Position numbers and translations under genes: made by a program
Notes under the pieces: generated by a model
What the model saw: only the letters and a program-made list of their open reading frames with translations
Database searches by the model: none
What the model was told of the DNA's origin: nothing
In this document: positions 20,112 through 29,712 of the stretch, one piece after another
Layout: each line of letters opens with the position of its first letter
Position numbering within the stretch: position 1 is the first letter of the stretch
Assembly (NCBI RefSeq): GCF_963521255.1
Contig: NZ_CAUQTU010000010.1
Span: 3,866 to 67,865, forward strand
DNA length: 64,000 nt
Reading direction: 5' to 3'
Source of the DNA: an uncultured Streptococcus sp.
GTDB taxonomy: Bacteria; Bacillota; Bacilli; Lactobacillales; Streptococcaceae

Positions 20112-21683
20112 TTACTTGCGTTTCTTCTTCGCTTTTTTCATTTTGTTAGCCATGCGTTTCATAGACTGTTTCATGGCAAATTCACCGATTTTACCTTTGA
20201 GTCCGCCACCAAACATCTGGCTCATATCTGGCATTCCTGCTCCTCCAAGCGCTGACAAGTCAGGCATACCGCCTTGTCCCATCATTCCTTCAAGGGCAGA
20301 CATATCCATTCCTCCCATATTTGGCATATTTTTTGGAAGGTTGTTTGGATTGATTCCCATCTGCTTCATCATCTTGTTCATATCTCCAGACATAACACCC
20401 TGCATAAGCTGTTTAGCTTGGTTAAAGTCTTTGATGAATTTATTGACTTCGACAAATGTATTTCCAGAACCAGCTGCGATACGACGGCGACGGCTTGGAT
20501 TTAACAAATCTGGATTTTCACGCTCTTCAGGTGTCATGGAAGACACAATGGCACGTTTGCGCGCAATCTGGCGCTCATCCACCTTCATGTTTTGAAGGGC
20601 TGGATTATTGGCCATACCTGGAATCATCTTGAGCAAGTCTTCCATTGGCCCCATATTTTGCACCTGATCCAATTGATCAATGAAATCATTGAAATCAAAG
20701 GTATTCTCACGCATTTTCTCAGCCATTTCAAGGGCTTTTTGCTCATCGTATTCTTGAGAAGCTTTCTCAATCAAAGTGAGCATATCCCCCATGCCAAGGA
20801 TACGGCTAGACATGCGGTCTGGGTGGAAGGTTTCAATGTCCGTAATCTTTTCACCTGTACCAGTGAACTTGATTGGTTTTCCAGTAATGTGACGAACAGA
20901 TAGAGCAGCACCACCACGAGTATCGCCATCAATCTTGGTAAGGATAACCCCAGTTACTTCTAACTGAGTATTAAACTCACGCGCAACATTGGCCGCTTCT
21001 TGACCAATCATGGCATCAACGACGAGCAGAATTTCGTTTGGTTGAGCCAATGCTTTCACGTCACGAAGTTCATTCATCAAAAGCTCATCAATCTGCAAAC
21101 GACCTGCCGTATCAATCAAGACATAGTCGTTATGATTGGCTTGGGCTTGTTCCAAACCTTGACGAACAATCTCAACAGCTGGAACCTCTGTCCCAAGAGC
21201 GAAGACAGGCACATCAATTTGTTGCCCCAAGGTCTTAAGCTGGTCAATGGCAGCTGGACGATAGATATCCGCCGCAATCATCAATGGACGAGCATTTTCT
21301 TCTTTCTTGAGTTTGTTGGCCAATTTACCAGCAAAGGTTGTTTTACCAGCCCCCTGCAAACCGACCATCATGATGATGGTTGGAATCTTAGGTGACTTGA
21401 TAATCTCAGCCGTATCAGAACCTAAAACGGTTGTCAGTTCCTCATCAACGATTTTAATAATTTGTTGTGCAGGATTAAGGGTATCAATGACCTCATGCCC
21501 GACTGCACGCTCACGTACTTTCTTGATAAAGTCCTTTACAACAGGCAAGGCAACGTCGGCCTCGAGCAAGGCTAAGCGAATTTCTTTGGTTGCCTCTTGG
21601 ACATCAGATTCAGAGATTTTTCCTTTTTTACGTAGATTTTTAAAGACGTTCTGCAAACGTTCTGTTAAACTTTCAAATGCCAT
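20112..21683 (-). CDS. ffh: signal recognition particle protein Ffh
   Basis: 523 aa. GTPase motifs GLQGAGKTT, DTAGR and TKIDGD. Methionine-rich M domain. Confidence 0.97.
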   Translation of the reverse strand: MAFESLTERLQNVFKNLRKKGKISESDVQEATKEIRLALLEADVALPVVKDFIKKVRERAVGHEVIDTLNPAQQIIKIVDEELTTVLGSDTAEIIKSPKIPTIIMMVGLQGAGKTTFAGKLANKLKKEENARPLMIAADIYRPAAIDQLKTLGQQIDVPVFALGTEVPAVEIVRQGLEQAQANHNDYVLIDTAGRLQIDELLMNELRDVKALAQPNEILLVVDAMIGQEAANVAREFNTQLEVTGVILTKIDGDTRGGAALSVRHITGKPIKFTGTGEKITDIETFHPDRMSSRILGMGDMLTLIEKASQEYDEQKALEMAEKMRENTFDFNDFIDQLDQVQNMGPMEDLLKMIPGMANNPALQNMKVDERQIARKRAIVSSMTPEERENPDLLNPSRRRRIAAGSGNTFVEVNKFIKDFNQAKQLMQGVMSGDMNKMMKQMGINPNNLPKNMPNMGGMDMSALEGMMGQGGMPDLSALGGAGMPDMSQMFGGGLKGKIGEFAMKQSMKRMANKMKKAKKKRK

Positions 21684-21694
21684 GTTTCTTCCTC

Positions 21695-22027
21695 TTATTC
21701 TCTATTATCAATGCTTGTTAAAATTTCTATCTGCTCCTGCAGAAAGTCATCCTTGGGATAGCGCTCCAAAATCTGGTCAAAAATCTGACTGCGGACAATG
21801 TAGTCCGAGTACATGTGTAATTTCATCTCATAATCTTCCAGAATCTTTTCTGTCCGCTTGATATTGTCATAAACAGCCTGACGACTGACACCAAACTCCT
21901 CGGCAATCTCAGCAAGGCTGTAATCATCAGCGTAGTAGAGCTCTATATAATTCATTTGCTTATCTGTCAAAAGCGCCGCATAAAATTCAAAGAGCGCATT
22001 CATTCGATTGGTTTTTTCAATTTCCAT
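21695..22027 (-). CDS. ylxM: YlxM/p13-like putative DNA-binding protein
   Basis: 110 aa. Sigma-70 region 4-like HTH ([18 protein letters not shown]). Conserved position upstream of ffh. Confidence 0.85.
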
Positions 22028-22117
22028 AACTTTTATTATACCAAAAATTAGCCCAATCTACCACATTAGCAAGCTCATCCGAGAAGATAGCAAGCTAAAT
22101 TTGAAAAAGACAAGAGA

Positions 22118-22495
22118 CTAGCCCCAAGTAATTTCCAATTGATAGCTGGCAAAGGGGTGTCCCTCTTGATTTTGTAGTTGATAGTCTAAATAAATCTTTT
22201 GTCCATCCACTTGATAGCGATTCGTTTGGATAATAAACTCCTGCATGCCCATAGGTGTGGGGATATAGGCTAAACTATCACTATCCTTTAGAAATCTCAT
22301 AATGGTCTTGGGATTGGAAAATCGGCTCATCACCAGTTCCTGACCATGGAATTTAATCACTACTTTTTCCTTTTCCTCATTGTAGAAAAGCAAATAGCTA
22401 TAATCTCCCTTCTCATGCACTGCTACATCATAAAGCTGGTCAATCACTTCCAACTGCTCATCAAACTGAATCGTATTTCGCATCCGAATCTTCAC
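22118..22495 (-). CDS. DUF1934 family beta-barrel protein
   Basis: 125 aa. Size and sequence style match the DUF1934/YwiB family as I recall it. Confidence 0.6.
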   Translation of the reverse strand: MKIRMRNTIQFDEQLEVIDQLYDVAVHEKGDYSYLLFYNEEKEKVVIKFHGQELVMSRFSNPKTIMRFLKDSDSLAYIPTPMGMQEFIIQTNRYQVDGQKIYLDYQLQNQEGHPFASYQLEITWG

Positions 22496-22566
22496 ATCAG
22501 GTCCTCTTTCTTCTCTCTTGTCCTACTATTTTACCAAAAACTCTAGCTTTTTGCTATAATGGTCAT

Positions 22567-23871
22567 ATGAACGAAAAAGTATTCCGTGACCCAGTTCACA
22601 ACTACATCCATGTCAATAATCAAATCATCTATGACTTGGTTAATACAAAAGAATTTCAGCGTTTGCGCCGGATCAAACAACTGGGAACTTCCAGTTATAC
22701 CTTCCACGGTGGAGAACACAGTCGCTTCTCTCACTGTCTAGGAGTCTATGAAATTGCACGACGCATCACAGAGATTTTTGAAGAAAAATATCCTGAAGAA
22801 TGGAATCCTGCCGAGTCCCTCTTGACCATGACAGCTGCTCTCCTACATGACCTTGGGCATGGTGCTTACTCCCATACTTTTGAACATCTCTTTGATACAG
22901 ACCATGAAGCCATTACTCAGGAGATTATTCAAAGTCCTGAGACAGAGATTCACCAAGTCTTACTACAAGTAGCGCCCGATTTCCCAGAAAAAGTAGCCAG
23001 TGTCATCGACCATACCTATCCTAACAAGCAGGTCGTGCAACTCATTTCCAGTCAGATTGATGCGGACCGCATGGATTATCTCTTGCGCGACTCCTATTTT
23101 ACAGGAGCATCCTATGGGGAATTTGACCTGACTCGCATACTCCGAGTCATTCGTCCTGTCGAAAATGGTATCGCCTTTCAGCGCAATGGCATGCATGCCA
23201 TCGAAGACTATGTCCTCAGTCGTTACCAGATGTATATGCAAGTTTATTTCCACCCCGCAACACGCGCTATGGAAGTTCTCCTACAGAATCTTCTCAAACG
23301 TGCCAAGGAACTCTATCCTAAAGACAAGGACTTCTTTGCACGAACATCTCCACATCTCCTGCCTTTCTTTGAAAAAAATGTGACCTTGTCTGACTATCTG
23401 GCTCTGGATGATGGTGTGATGAATACCTACTTCCAGCTCTGGATGACCAGTCCTGATAAGATTCTTGCAGACCTGTCGCAACGCTTTGTCAACCGCAAGG
23501 TCTTTAAATCCATTACCTTTTCACAAGAGGAACAAGACCAACTCGCCAGCATGAGAAAATTAGTTGAGGATATCGGCTTTGATCCAGACTATTACACTGC
23601 TATTCATAAGAACTTTGACCTCCCTTATGATATCTATCGTCCCGAATCTGAAAATCCACGGACACAGATTGAGATTTTACAAAAAAATGGAGAACTGGCC
23701 GAACTCTCTAGCCTGTCTCCTATCGTCCAATCCCTTGCTGGCAGTCGACACGGAGATAATCGTTTCTATTTTCCGAAAGAAATGTTGGACCAAAACAGCA
23801 TCTTCGCAAGTATCACCCAGCAATTTTTACACTTGATTGAGAACGATCATTTTACCCCAAATAAAAACTAG
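22567..23871 (+). CDS. HD domain phosphohydrolase (dNTP triphosphohydrolase-like)
   Basis: 434 aa. HSRFSHCLGV and LLHDLGHGAYSH (H...HD), plus DADRMDYLLRD. Confidence 0.8.
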   Translation: MNEKVFRDPVHNYIHVNNQIIYDLVNTKEFQRLRRIKQLGTSSYTFHGGEHSRFSHCLGVYEIARRITEIFEEKYPEEWNPAESLLTMTAALLHDLGHGAYSHTFEHLFDTDHEAITQEIIQSPETEIHQVLLQVAPDFPEKVASVIDHTYPNKQVVQLISSQIDADRMDYLLRDSYFTGASYGEFDLTRILRVIRPVENGIAFQRNGMHAIEDYVLSRYQMYMQVYFHPATRAMEVLLQNLLKRAKELYPKDKDFFARTSPHLLPFFEKNVTLSDYLALDDGVMNTYFQLWMTSPDKILADLSQRFVNRKVFKSITFSQEEQDQLASMRKLVEDIGFDPDYYTAIHKNFDLPYDIYRPESENPRTQIEILQKNGELAELSSLSPIVQSLAGSRHGDNRFYFPKEMLDQNSIFASITQQFLHLIENDHFTPNKN

Positions 23872-23883
23872 AAGAGGAAATTT

Positions 23884-24690
23884 ATGAGTATTAAACTAAT
23901 CGCCGTCGATATCGACGGAACCCTAGTCAACAGCCAAAAGGAAATCACTCCTGAAGTCTTTTCTGCCATCCAAGATGCCAAAGAAGCTGGTGTCAAAGTC
24001 GTGATTGCAACTGGCCGCCCTATCGCAGGTGTTGCCAAACTTCTGGACGACCTGCAGTTGAGAGATGAAGGTGACTATGTTGTGACCTTCAACGGTGCCC
24101 TTGTCCAAAAAACTGCTACTGGCCATAAGATTATCAGCGAATCCTTGACCTATGAGGATTATCTAGATATGGAATTTCTCAGTCGCAAACTCGGTGTCCA
24201 CATGCACGCCATTACCAAGGATGGTATCTATACTGCTAATCGCAATATCGGAAAATATACGGTTCACGAATCAACCCTCGTCAGCATGCCCATCTTCTAC
24301 CGCACCCCTGAAGAAATGGCTGGCAAAGAAATTGTCAAATGTATGTTTATCGATGAACCAGAAATTCTCGATGCTGCCATTGAAAAGATTCCAGCCGAAT
24401 TTTACGAACGCTACTCCATCAACAAATCCGCTCCTTTCTACCTCGAACTCCTTAAAAAGAATGTAGATAAGGGTTCAGCCATCACTCACTTGGCTGAAAA
24501 ACTAGGATTGACCAAAGATGAAACCATGGCTATCGGTGACGAAGAAAATGACCGTGCCATGCTGGAAGTCGTTGGAAACCCCGTTGTCATGGAAAATGGA
24601 AATCCAGAACTCAAAAAAATCGCCAAATACATCACCAAAACAAATGACGAATCCGGCGTTGCCCATGCTATTCGTACATGGGTACTGTAA
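23884..24690 (+). CDS. Cof-type HAD-IIB sugar phosphatase
   Basis: 268 aa. Motifs DIDGTL and GDEENDRAM. Confidence 0.85.
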   Translation: MSIKLIAVDIDGTLVNSQKEITPEVFSAIQDAKEAGVKVVIATGRPIAGVAKLLDDLQLRDEGDYVVTFNGALVQKTATGHKIISESLTYEDYLDMEFLSRKLGVHMHAITKDGIYTANRNIGKYTVHESTLVSMPIFYRTPEEMAGKEIVKCMFIDEPEILDAAIEKIPAEFYERYSINKSAPFYLELLKKNVDKGSAITHLAEKLGLTKDETMAIGDEENDRAMLEVVGNPVVMENGNPELKKIAKYITKTNDESGVAHAIRTWVL

Positions 24691-24706
24691 AAGGGTATGA
24701 ATAGAC

Positions 24707-24733
24707 GAAAACCGCTCAGCTGAGCGGTTTTTA
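24707..24733 (+). terminator. intrinsic terminator after the Cof gene
   Basis: aaaACCGCTCAGCTGAGCGGTtttt, a perfect palindromic stem. Confidence 0.85.
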
Positions 24734-24846
24734 GTATGAACATGTCATAATAAGAGTAAATTAATAAATTGAATGGCTGTTGCACAGTCACTAAAATCTT
24801 GAGAGTACAAAAACAAAATGAACAGCTGTTATATCAAATGGAGACT

Positions 24847-25503
24847 TTATAACTCTGGTAATTCTACCTTCAAGCTCATATCTGCAGGCTGCAACACTTT
24901 CTGAACCGCAGCAAGAAAGGCCAATCCATTATCCGATGGAGAATACTGGAATGTGATATGGATGACTTTTTGGTCAAAGTTATCGCCATATCGCTCCACA
25001 TACTGCTTGCTTTCGAGGAAGTAAATGTAGTTGTTGAGTTTTTCTTGCAGAATTTCAAGATGGACTGCTTCTATTTCTTCCTGCCAGCCGACTGGATCCA
25101 CCAGAAGAAGCTCTAAATGACTATCAACTATACCAATTGCATCAAGTTCGCTAGGTTCTAGTTCTGAAACAATGGCTTTATATAACAATTCTTCAAATTC
25201 TTTTTCGGAAAAATAGTGTCTCTTTCTATCTGTATCAATAAGAAGAAATTCTGGATTATCTCTTAAAAATTGTATGTTAGCATCTTCTTGACTAATTTTT
25301 AATTTCCAAAATCCGAAATTAGCATAATTAATTAATTCTTCACCATCATGTTCTCCCGACATGTAACTATCTGCAGCTTCTTTGGGAATTTCTCTAATCA
25401 CTTCTGGGCAGGTAATATTAAAAGTTGGATAACGCAAGAAATACTTATCACCATCTTGACAAATTTCCAACATATCTTTTTGACTAGTATAAATCGACTT
25501 CAT
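24847..25503 (-). CDS. hypothetical two-domain cytoplasmic protein, last gene of the island
   Basis: 218-aa ORF whose start overlaps the stop of the upstream membrane-protein gene by 20 nt. The acidic C-terminal half (VDPVGWQEEIEAVHLEILQEKLNNYIYFLES) is reminiscent of small immunity-type domains. No motif was recognised with certainty. Confidence 0.6.
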   Translation of the reverse strand: MKSIYTSQKDMLEICQDGDKYFLRYPTFNITCPEVIREIPKEAADSYMSGEHDGEELINYANFGFWKLKISQEDANIQFLRDNPEFLLIDTDRKRHYFSEKEFEELLYKAIVSELEPSELDAIGIVDSHLELLLVDPVGWQEEIEAVHLEILQEKLNNYIYFLESKQYVERYGDNFDQKVIHITFQYSPSDNGLAFLAAVQKVLQPADMSLKVELPEL

Positions 25504-26404
25504 TTTTAATAGCTATTAGCTCCTTGTATTTTTTTAAATATTTTTTTCCATACCACTCTTCTAAAGTTTTTCCCTCCCACTCGCGGTATTCTTCAGGATA
25601 TTTCCATTTATAGTAGGCTTGTAGCATATAGGGAAACATGAAATAAACTTCAAAAGCAGCAACTAAAATATTAAGAATCAGTATTGAAGCCAAAATACCG
25701 AGTCCTCCAATCAAATTATTCCTATTCTCCATCGAACTTGAGAAAAAAATACGAATGACTAGCCAAATTGCTACAACCAAACCACCATACTTGGCAATTA
25801 TGCTAAACATCTTGCCGAAGAATTTATCACTAAAACTTTTCTTTAGAGTTGTCCCATATAACAAAATTCTTAATGACTCACACTCAGAAAGAATCATTAA
25901 AATAATTATTAATAATATCAATCCTACAAAAGTGAACATTCCCCAAAATCCAGCTACTGCATAAATTAAGTTTAGAGAAAAAAGATTGAGTTCAACAACT
26001 AGCCAGATAATAAAGGTAACCATAAAATGGAATTGGCCCCTATAAATCAAAATAAACTGCTGGTTGTATCGCTTCCCTAGTATAATCAATAAAAGCCATA
26101 TTGCAAGTGCTATCCAAAATACCCAGTACGGAAGAAAATTAATGTCGGGTAAAGGGACTGTTAAATCTCTAGGATCAGAATGGTAAAATAAATAATCATT
26201 TAAAGCTATAATCAACCAATTGGGACCAATTATAAATAGGAAAGTCAGAATTACCAGCCAAACATATGATTTTTTTGTTCCTCTAAATTGCTCTTTTTTT
26301 AAAGCATCTTGGTAATTGTCCCGAGCAAATTTCCCTGAGACGCCATCATCTAATAAATTTAAACTCAACTCAAAACTTGCTTTAAATAGTGACTTTTTTG
26401 TCAT
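25484..26404 (-). CDS. six-TM membrane protein, paralog 1 of 3 (unknown family)
   Basis: ATG 26404 behind GAGGA (MTKKSLFKASFELSLNLLDDG). Six hydrophobic segments. Conserved tail YKWKYPEEYREWEGKTLEEWYGKKYLKKYKEL. Confidence 0.75.
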   Translation of the reverse strand: MTKKSLFKASFELSLNLLDDGVSGKFARDNYQDALKKEQFRGTKKSYVWLVILTFLFIIGPNWLIIALNDYLFYHSDPRDLTVPLPDINFLPYWVFWIALAIWLLLIILGKRYNQQFILIYRGQFHFMVTFIIWLVVELNLFSLNLIYAVAGFWGMFTFVGLILLIIILMILSECESLRILLYGTTLKKSFSDKFFGKMFSIIAKYGGLVVAIWLVIRIFFSSSMENRNNLIGGLGILASILILNILVAAFEVYFMFPYMLQAYYKWKYPEEYREWEGKTLEEWYGKKYLKKYKELIAIKNEVDLY

Positions 26405-26408
26405 AAGT

Positions 26409-27305
26409 TTAATCCTCAATCTTCTTTTCTACTAATTCTGAGTGCTTTTTCAAGTATCTCTTTCCATACCATTCTTCCACTGATTTTCCTTCCCATTCAC
26501 GGTATTCTTCGGAATATTTCCATTTGTAGAATCCTTGTAAATAACTAGGAAATTCGATGTAAATTAGCATAGCAATCACAGCAATATTTAGGATAATCCA
26601 TGTTATCAAAAGACCTAATCCTTCCAATAAAGTTGAAAATTTTATGGAAAAACTTTTTATAATAAAGTTTATAATGACTCCAATTCCCAAAAAACTCATT
26701 CCATAAATCGCTATCTTATTGACAATTTTGTTTCGAAGAGAAGAGCCACTTCCATTACCATACATCAGTTTTGTAAGACTTTCAATTTCAAGGCTAAACA
26801 TAAAATAGGCTAATATAGTAATAAAAACAAAAATCGCAGCAACCATCCAAATAGATAAAGTTGGTAATGACATATCAATCGCTAACAGATTAAATTCAAG
26901 ACTAAGCCAAATTAGAAATGTGATGACATGAAAATGATTACGATAAGGCAGTATAAAAGCTTTTCTAAAAACTTTACCAATCAATATGATAAATACCCAA
27001 ATTAAGAAACAGACTAGATATACCTCAGCTGTTAGTAATGGATGTTGATAGATAGGCAATCTTAAATCTTTAGGATCAGAGTTGTGCAAGGACAGCGAGA
27101 AAACAAGAATCATAAAGTTTATAATGACAGGACCGATAAGAGTGAAAACAATATTCTGAATATGAAGAACTAGTTTAGACTTTCCTTCCCTATAATATGT
27201 TTCTAACTTAGAGAAAACATTTCCTTTCTGATACTGTAAAAAACCATCATCTTCTAGATTAAGACTTTCTTCAAAACTTGCACTAAAAATTGATTTCTTC
27301 TTCAT
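26409..27305 (-). CDS. six-TM membrane protein, paralog 2 of 3
   Basis: ATG 27305 behind AGGTGA (MKKKSIFSASFEESLNLEDDG). Same architecture, with tail YKWKYSEEYREWEGKSVEEWYGKRYLKKHSEL. Confidence 0.75.
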   Translation of the reverse strand: MKKKSIFSASFEESLNLEDDGFLQYQKGNVFSKLETYYREGKSKLVLHIQNIVFTLIGPVIINFMILVFSLSLHNSDPKDLRLPIYQHPLLTAEVYLVCFLIWVFIILIGKVFRKAFILPYRNHFHVITFLIWLSLEFNLLAIDMSLPTLSIWMVAAIFVFITILAYFMFSLEIESLTKLMYGNGSGSSLRNKIVNKIAIYGMSFLGIGVIINFIIKSFSIKFSTLLEGLGLLITWIILNIAVIAMLIYIEFPSYLQGFYKWKYSEEYREWEGKSVEEWYGKRYLKKHSELVEKKIED

Positions 27306-27321
27306 ACTTTTCACCTAAATC

Positions 27322-28203
27322 CTATTTTAATAACTCCTTGTGTTTTTTTAAATATTTTTTTCCATACCATTCTTCTACTGTTTTCCCTTCCCACTCGCGG
27401 TATTCTTCAGGGTATTTCCACTTGTAATAGCCTTCTAAAAAGAAAGGAAACTCCATGAATACAATCATGGCGATTACACCAATATTTGATAGAATCCAAA
27501 ATATAAAGAGACCTAAAAGAGTTACGGAAGAGGAAAAATTAATAGAAAAAGCTTTGAAAATATAATTAACAATCACAGCCAAGCCCAATATACCTGCTCC
27601 ATAAATAGCAAGGCCTTTGGCAATTTTATCGAGTAAGGTAGGTGACTTAACTTCTCCATACATTCGTTTTTTCAAACTTCTAACCTCTGTTCTTAACATT
27701 ACATAAGTCAACAATACTTGAAGCCCAAAAAGTACTAAGATCCCCCATATTGATAATATAGGTAAAGACATAGTTGTTGCCAGCAGATTAAATTCAAACA
27801 CAAACCATATTATAAAAGTTATAATATGAAATCGATAACGATAAGGGAGAATAAACGTCCGTTTAAAGAATTTACCCATTAATACCAATAACAACCAAAT
27901 TAACAAGCAAATCAAATAAAGCTCGACTGTTAGCAAAGGATACTGAGAAACTGGTAACCTTAAATCTTTAGGATCAGAATTTTGCAATGATAGGGTAACA
28001 GCAAGGAGCATGAAATTTGCACCTATCGGAAACAACAGACTAAAAATAAAAGTTTTAATACCAAACCAAAAAGAGGGGCTCCCTTTCTTAAAGGCTTTCC
28101 CAAGTTTATTATAATAATCTTTTTTCTGATACTGTAAAAACCCATCATCTAATAAATTTAAACTCTCCTCAAAACTTGCTTTAAAAATTGATTTCTTTTT
28201 CAT
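27322..28203 (-). CDS. six-TM membrane protein, paralog 3 of 3
   Basis: ATG 28203 (MKKKSIFKASFEESLNLLDDG). Tail YKWKYPEEYREWEGKTVEEWYGKKYLKKHKEL. The ORF-track N-terminal extension overlaps the upstream gene and was dropped. Confidence 0.75.
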   Translation of the reverse strand: MKKKSIFKASFEESLNLLDDGFLQYQKKDYYNKLGKAFKKGSPSFWFGIKTFIFSLLFPIGANFMLLAVTLSLQNSDPKDLRLPVSQYPLLTVELYLICLLIWLLLVLMGKFFKRTFILPYRYRFHIITFIIWFVFEFNLLATTMSLPILSIWGILVLFGLQVLLTYVMLRTEVRSLKKRMYGEVKSPTLLDKIAKGLAIYGAGILGLAVIVNYIFKAFSINFSSSVTLLGLFIFWILSNIGVIAMIVFMEFPFFLEGYYKWKYPEEYREWEGKTVEEWYGKKYLKKHKELLK

Positions 28204-28219
28204 AAACAGATACCTAAAT

Positions 28220-28903
28220 TTAATTTTTACTTTGATTTGATAAAACATCAACTATCTCATATTCCCGTTCTTCTCCAGGTGCAAATGCAATGTTGACAGT
28301 CCCTAGAAATATGAACATTATTAACATCATTAAACAAAGCATGCTAATGTTCTTCAAATATATGAATGCCAGAGCAAATATAAGAGTTAAGGCAAAAATA
28401 CATAGTCGCAATAGAAACATTTTGACATAAAAACGTAATGAATTTACTGGTTTTATCTTAAAATTAATAGATTGCTCCAACGATCTATTGAGTAATTTTT
28501 CCAAAGTTTTTTTCTTTTTAGAATATAAAAGTTGAAGCAAACTAAAAGACAATAATAGACCAATAACTACTAAAACCAAGCTAGTTACTATCGAAAGATT
28601 CACATAAAAGTTGGCAAATAAATCAATATGATTCATACGAGCCCAGGCATTCACAAAAACTGCTAATCCTGCGGCTAATGACGTTGGAAGGATAAATTTG
28701 CTCGCCTTAGAGTTTTTTTCTTCGATTTTAACAAGTTCTTCATCTGAAATAGCATAAACTTTCTGATAAAAATACCAGTTTAGAGGCAAACAGAAGTATC
28801 CGAGAAAATGTTTAGGAGATCTATCTAATAGATACTGTCTCCCCTGATAATGAAATAATAGGTATCGAAGATTCCCTTTATAATATAATTTTATTTTTTG
28901 CAT
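28220..28903 (-). CDS. tandem five-TM membrane protein (DUF443/TsaI-like)
   Basis: 227 aa. N-terminus MQKIKLYYKGNLRYLLFHYQGRQYLLDRSPKH followed by 4-5 TM helices. Paralogous to the next gene. Confidence 0.7.
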   Translation of the reverse strand: MQKIKLYYKGNLRYLLFHYQGRQYLLDRSPKHFLGYFCLPLNWYFYQKVYAISDEELVKIEEKNSKASKFILPTSLAAGLAVFVNAWARMNHIDLFANFYVNLSIVTSLVLVVIGLLLSFSLLQLLYSKKKKTLEKLLNRSLEQSINFKIKPVNSLRFYVKMFLLRLCIFALTLIFALAFIYLKNISMLCLMMLIMFIFLGTVNIAFAPGEEREYEIVDVLSNQSKN

Positions 28904-28975
28904 TCTAATCCTTACTAATCTAAAAAAACATGAGTTCTTCCAAACTATGAGGAGTATCTCGATATAATCTACATC

Positions 28976-29641
28976 TTATTTTAGTATTTTATCATTTATT
29001 TTATATAAGTGATGACTTTCAGTTCCAAATGCAACATTAGAAGCCGATAAATATAGAAAGATGATGGCATTTGCCATTAAACCAAAAAGTAAGTTCCCTG
29101 AGTAAAAATAATACAAGGACATAAAAAATGCTAGTCCACCAAAAACCACTATAAATCCTAGCAACTGTTTAAAGTCAATTTTTACTGGCGTGATTTTATA
29201 GTATTGTAAATGCCTAAGTTCACGCCCTAGCAAGGAGGCCATCCTTCTTTTCCGAGAATAGTAAAATAATTCAACCAGAACATATGTTAAAAGAAAAGTC
29301 ATTAAAAAGAGTGCCACTGTCGTAAAACTTGAAAGATTCGTTTCAAAATACTTAGTAATATCAATCTTGTTCACGCGTAACCAATTATATAAAAAGACAC
29401 TCAGTCCAGCACCGAGTGAAGCTGAAACAGTGAGTTTTGTATCACGTCCATTTTTTTCTTTTATTTTACAGTACTCATCCGATGTAATAGGATACACATG
29501 TTGAAAGAAAAGCAAATTTATAGGTGGAAAAAGATATCCTATCAAATGACATGGCCTTCTATCAAGTAAATAGTATTGATGATTGAATTCAAATACTAAA
29601 TAACGAAAATTTCCATAAGTAAAACGAATTTTTTCCATCAT
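28976..29641 (-). CDS. tandem five-TM membrane protein (DUF443/TsaI-like)
   Basis: 221 aa. N-terminus MMEKIRFTYGNFRYLVFEFNHQYYLLDRRPCH, with the same layout as 28220..28903. Confidence 0.7.
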   Translation of the reverse strand: MMEKIRFTYGNFRYLVFEFNHQYYLLDRRPCHLIGYLFPPINLLFFQHVYPITSDEYCKIKEKNGRDTKLTVSASLGAGLSVFLYNWLRVNKIDITKYFETNLSSFTTVALFLMTFLLTYVLVELFYYSRKRRMASLLGRELRHLQYYKITPVKIDFKQLLGFIVVFGGLAFFMSLYYFYSGNLLFGLMANAIIFLYLSASNVAFGTESHHLYKINDKILK

Positions 29642-29712
29642 TTCTCATTAGTCACAAACAAATCACTTTTACTTATTCCCTCTGAACTATACCCTAACAA
29701 GGTAGCATCATA

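Noticed and set aside
20059-21861. Plus-strand ORFs of 178 aa (20059..20595), 131 aa and 184 aa (21307..21861) overlapping ffh/ylxM
   Set aside because: They are antisense to ffh. Their sequences are proline/isoleucine-rich mirror frames of the Met-rich M domain and the GTPase domain, and there are no start-site signals.
24486-24791. A 101-aa minus-strand ORF spanning the Cof gene end and its terminator
   Set aside because: It is antisense to the well-supported Cof phosphatase gene and crosses a strong terminator palindrome.
24734-24850. Looked for an att-type direct repeat of the tRNA-Arg 3' end (tgccccctgccggaatcgaa) at the distal end of the island, and for an integrase
   Set aside because: No copy of the tRNA 3' segment and no integrase or transposase ORF appears anywhere in 24.7-37.6 kb. 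The island is therefore not called a mobile element.
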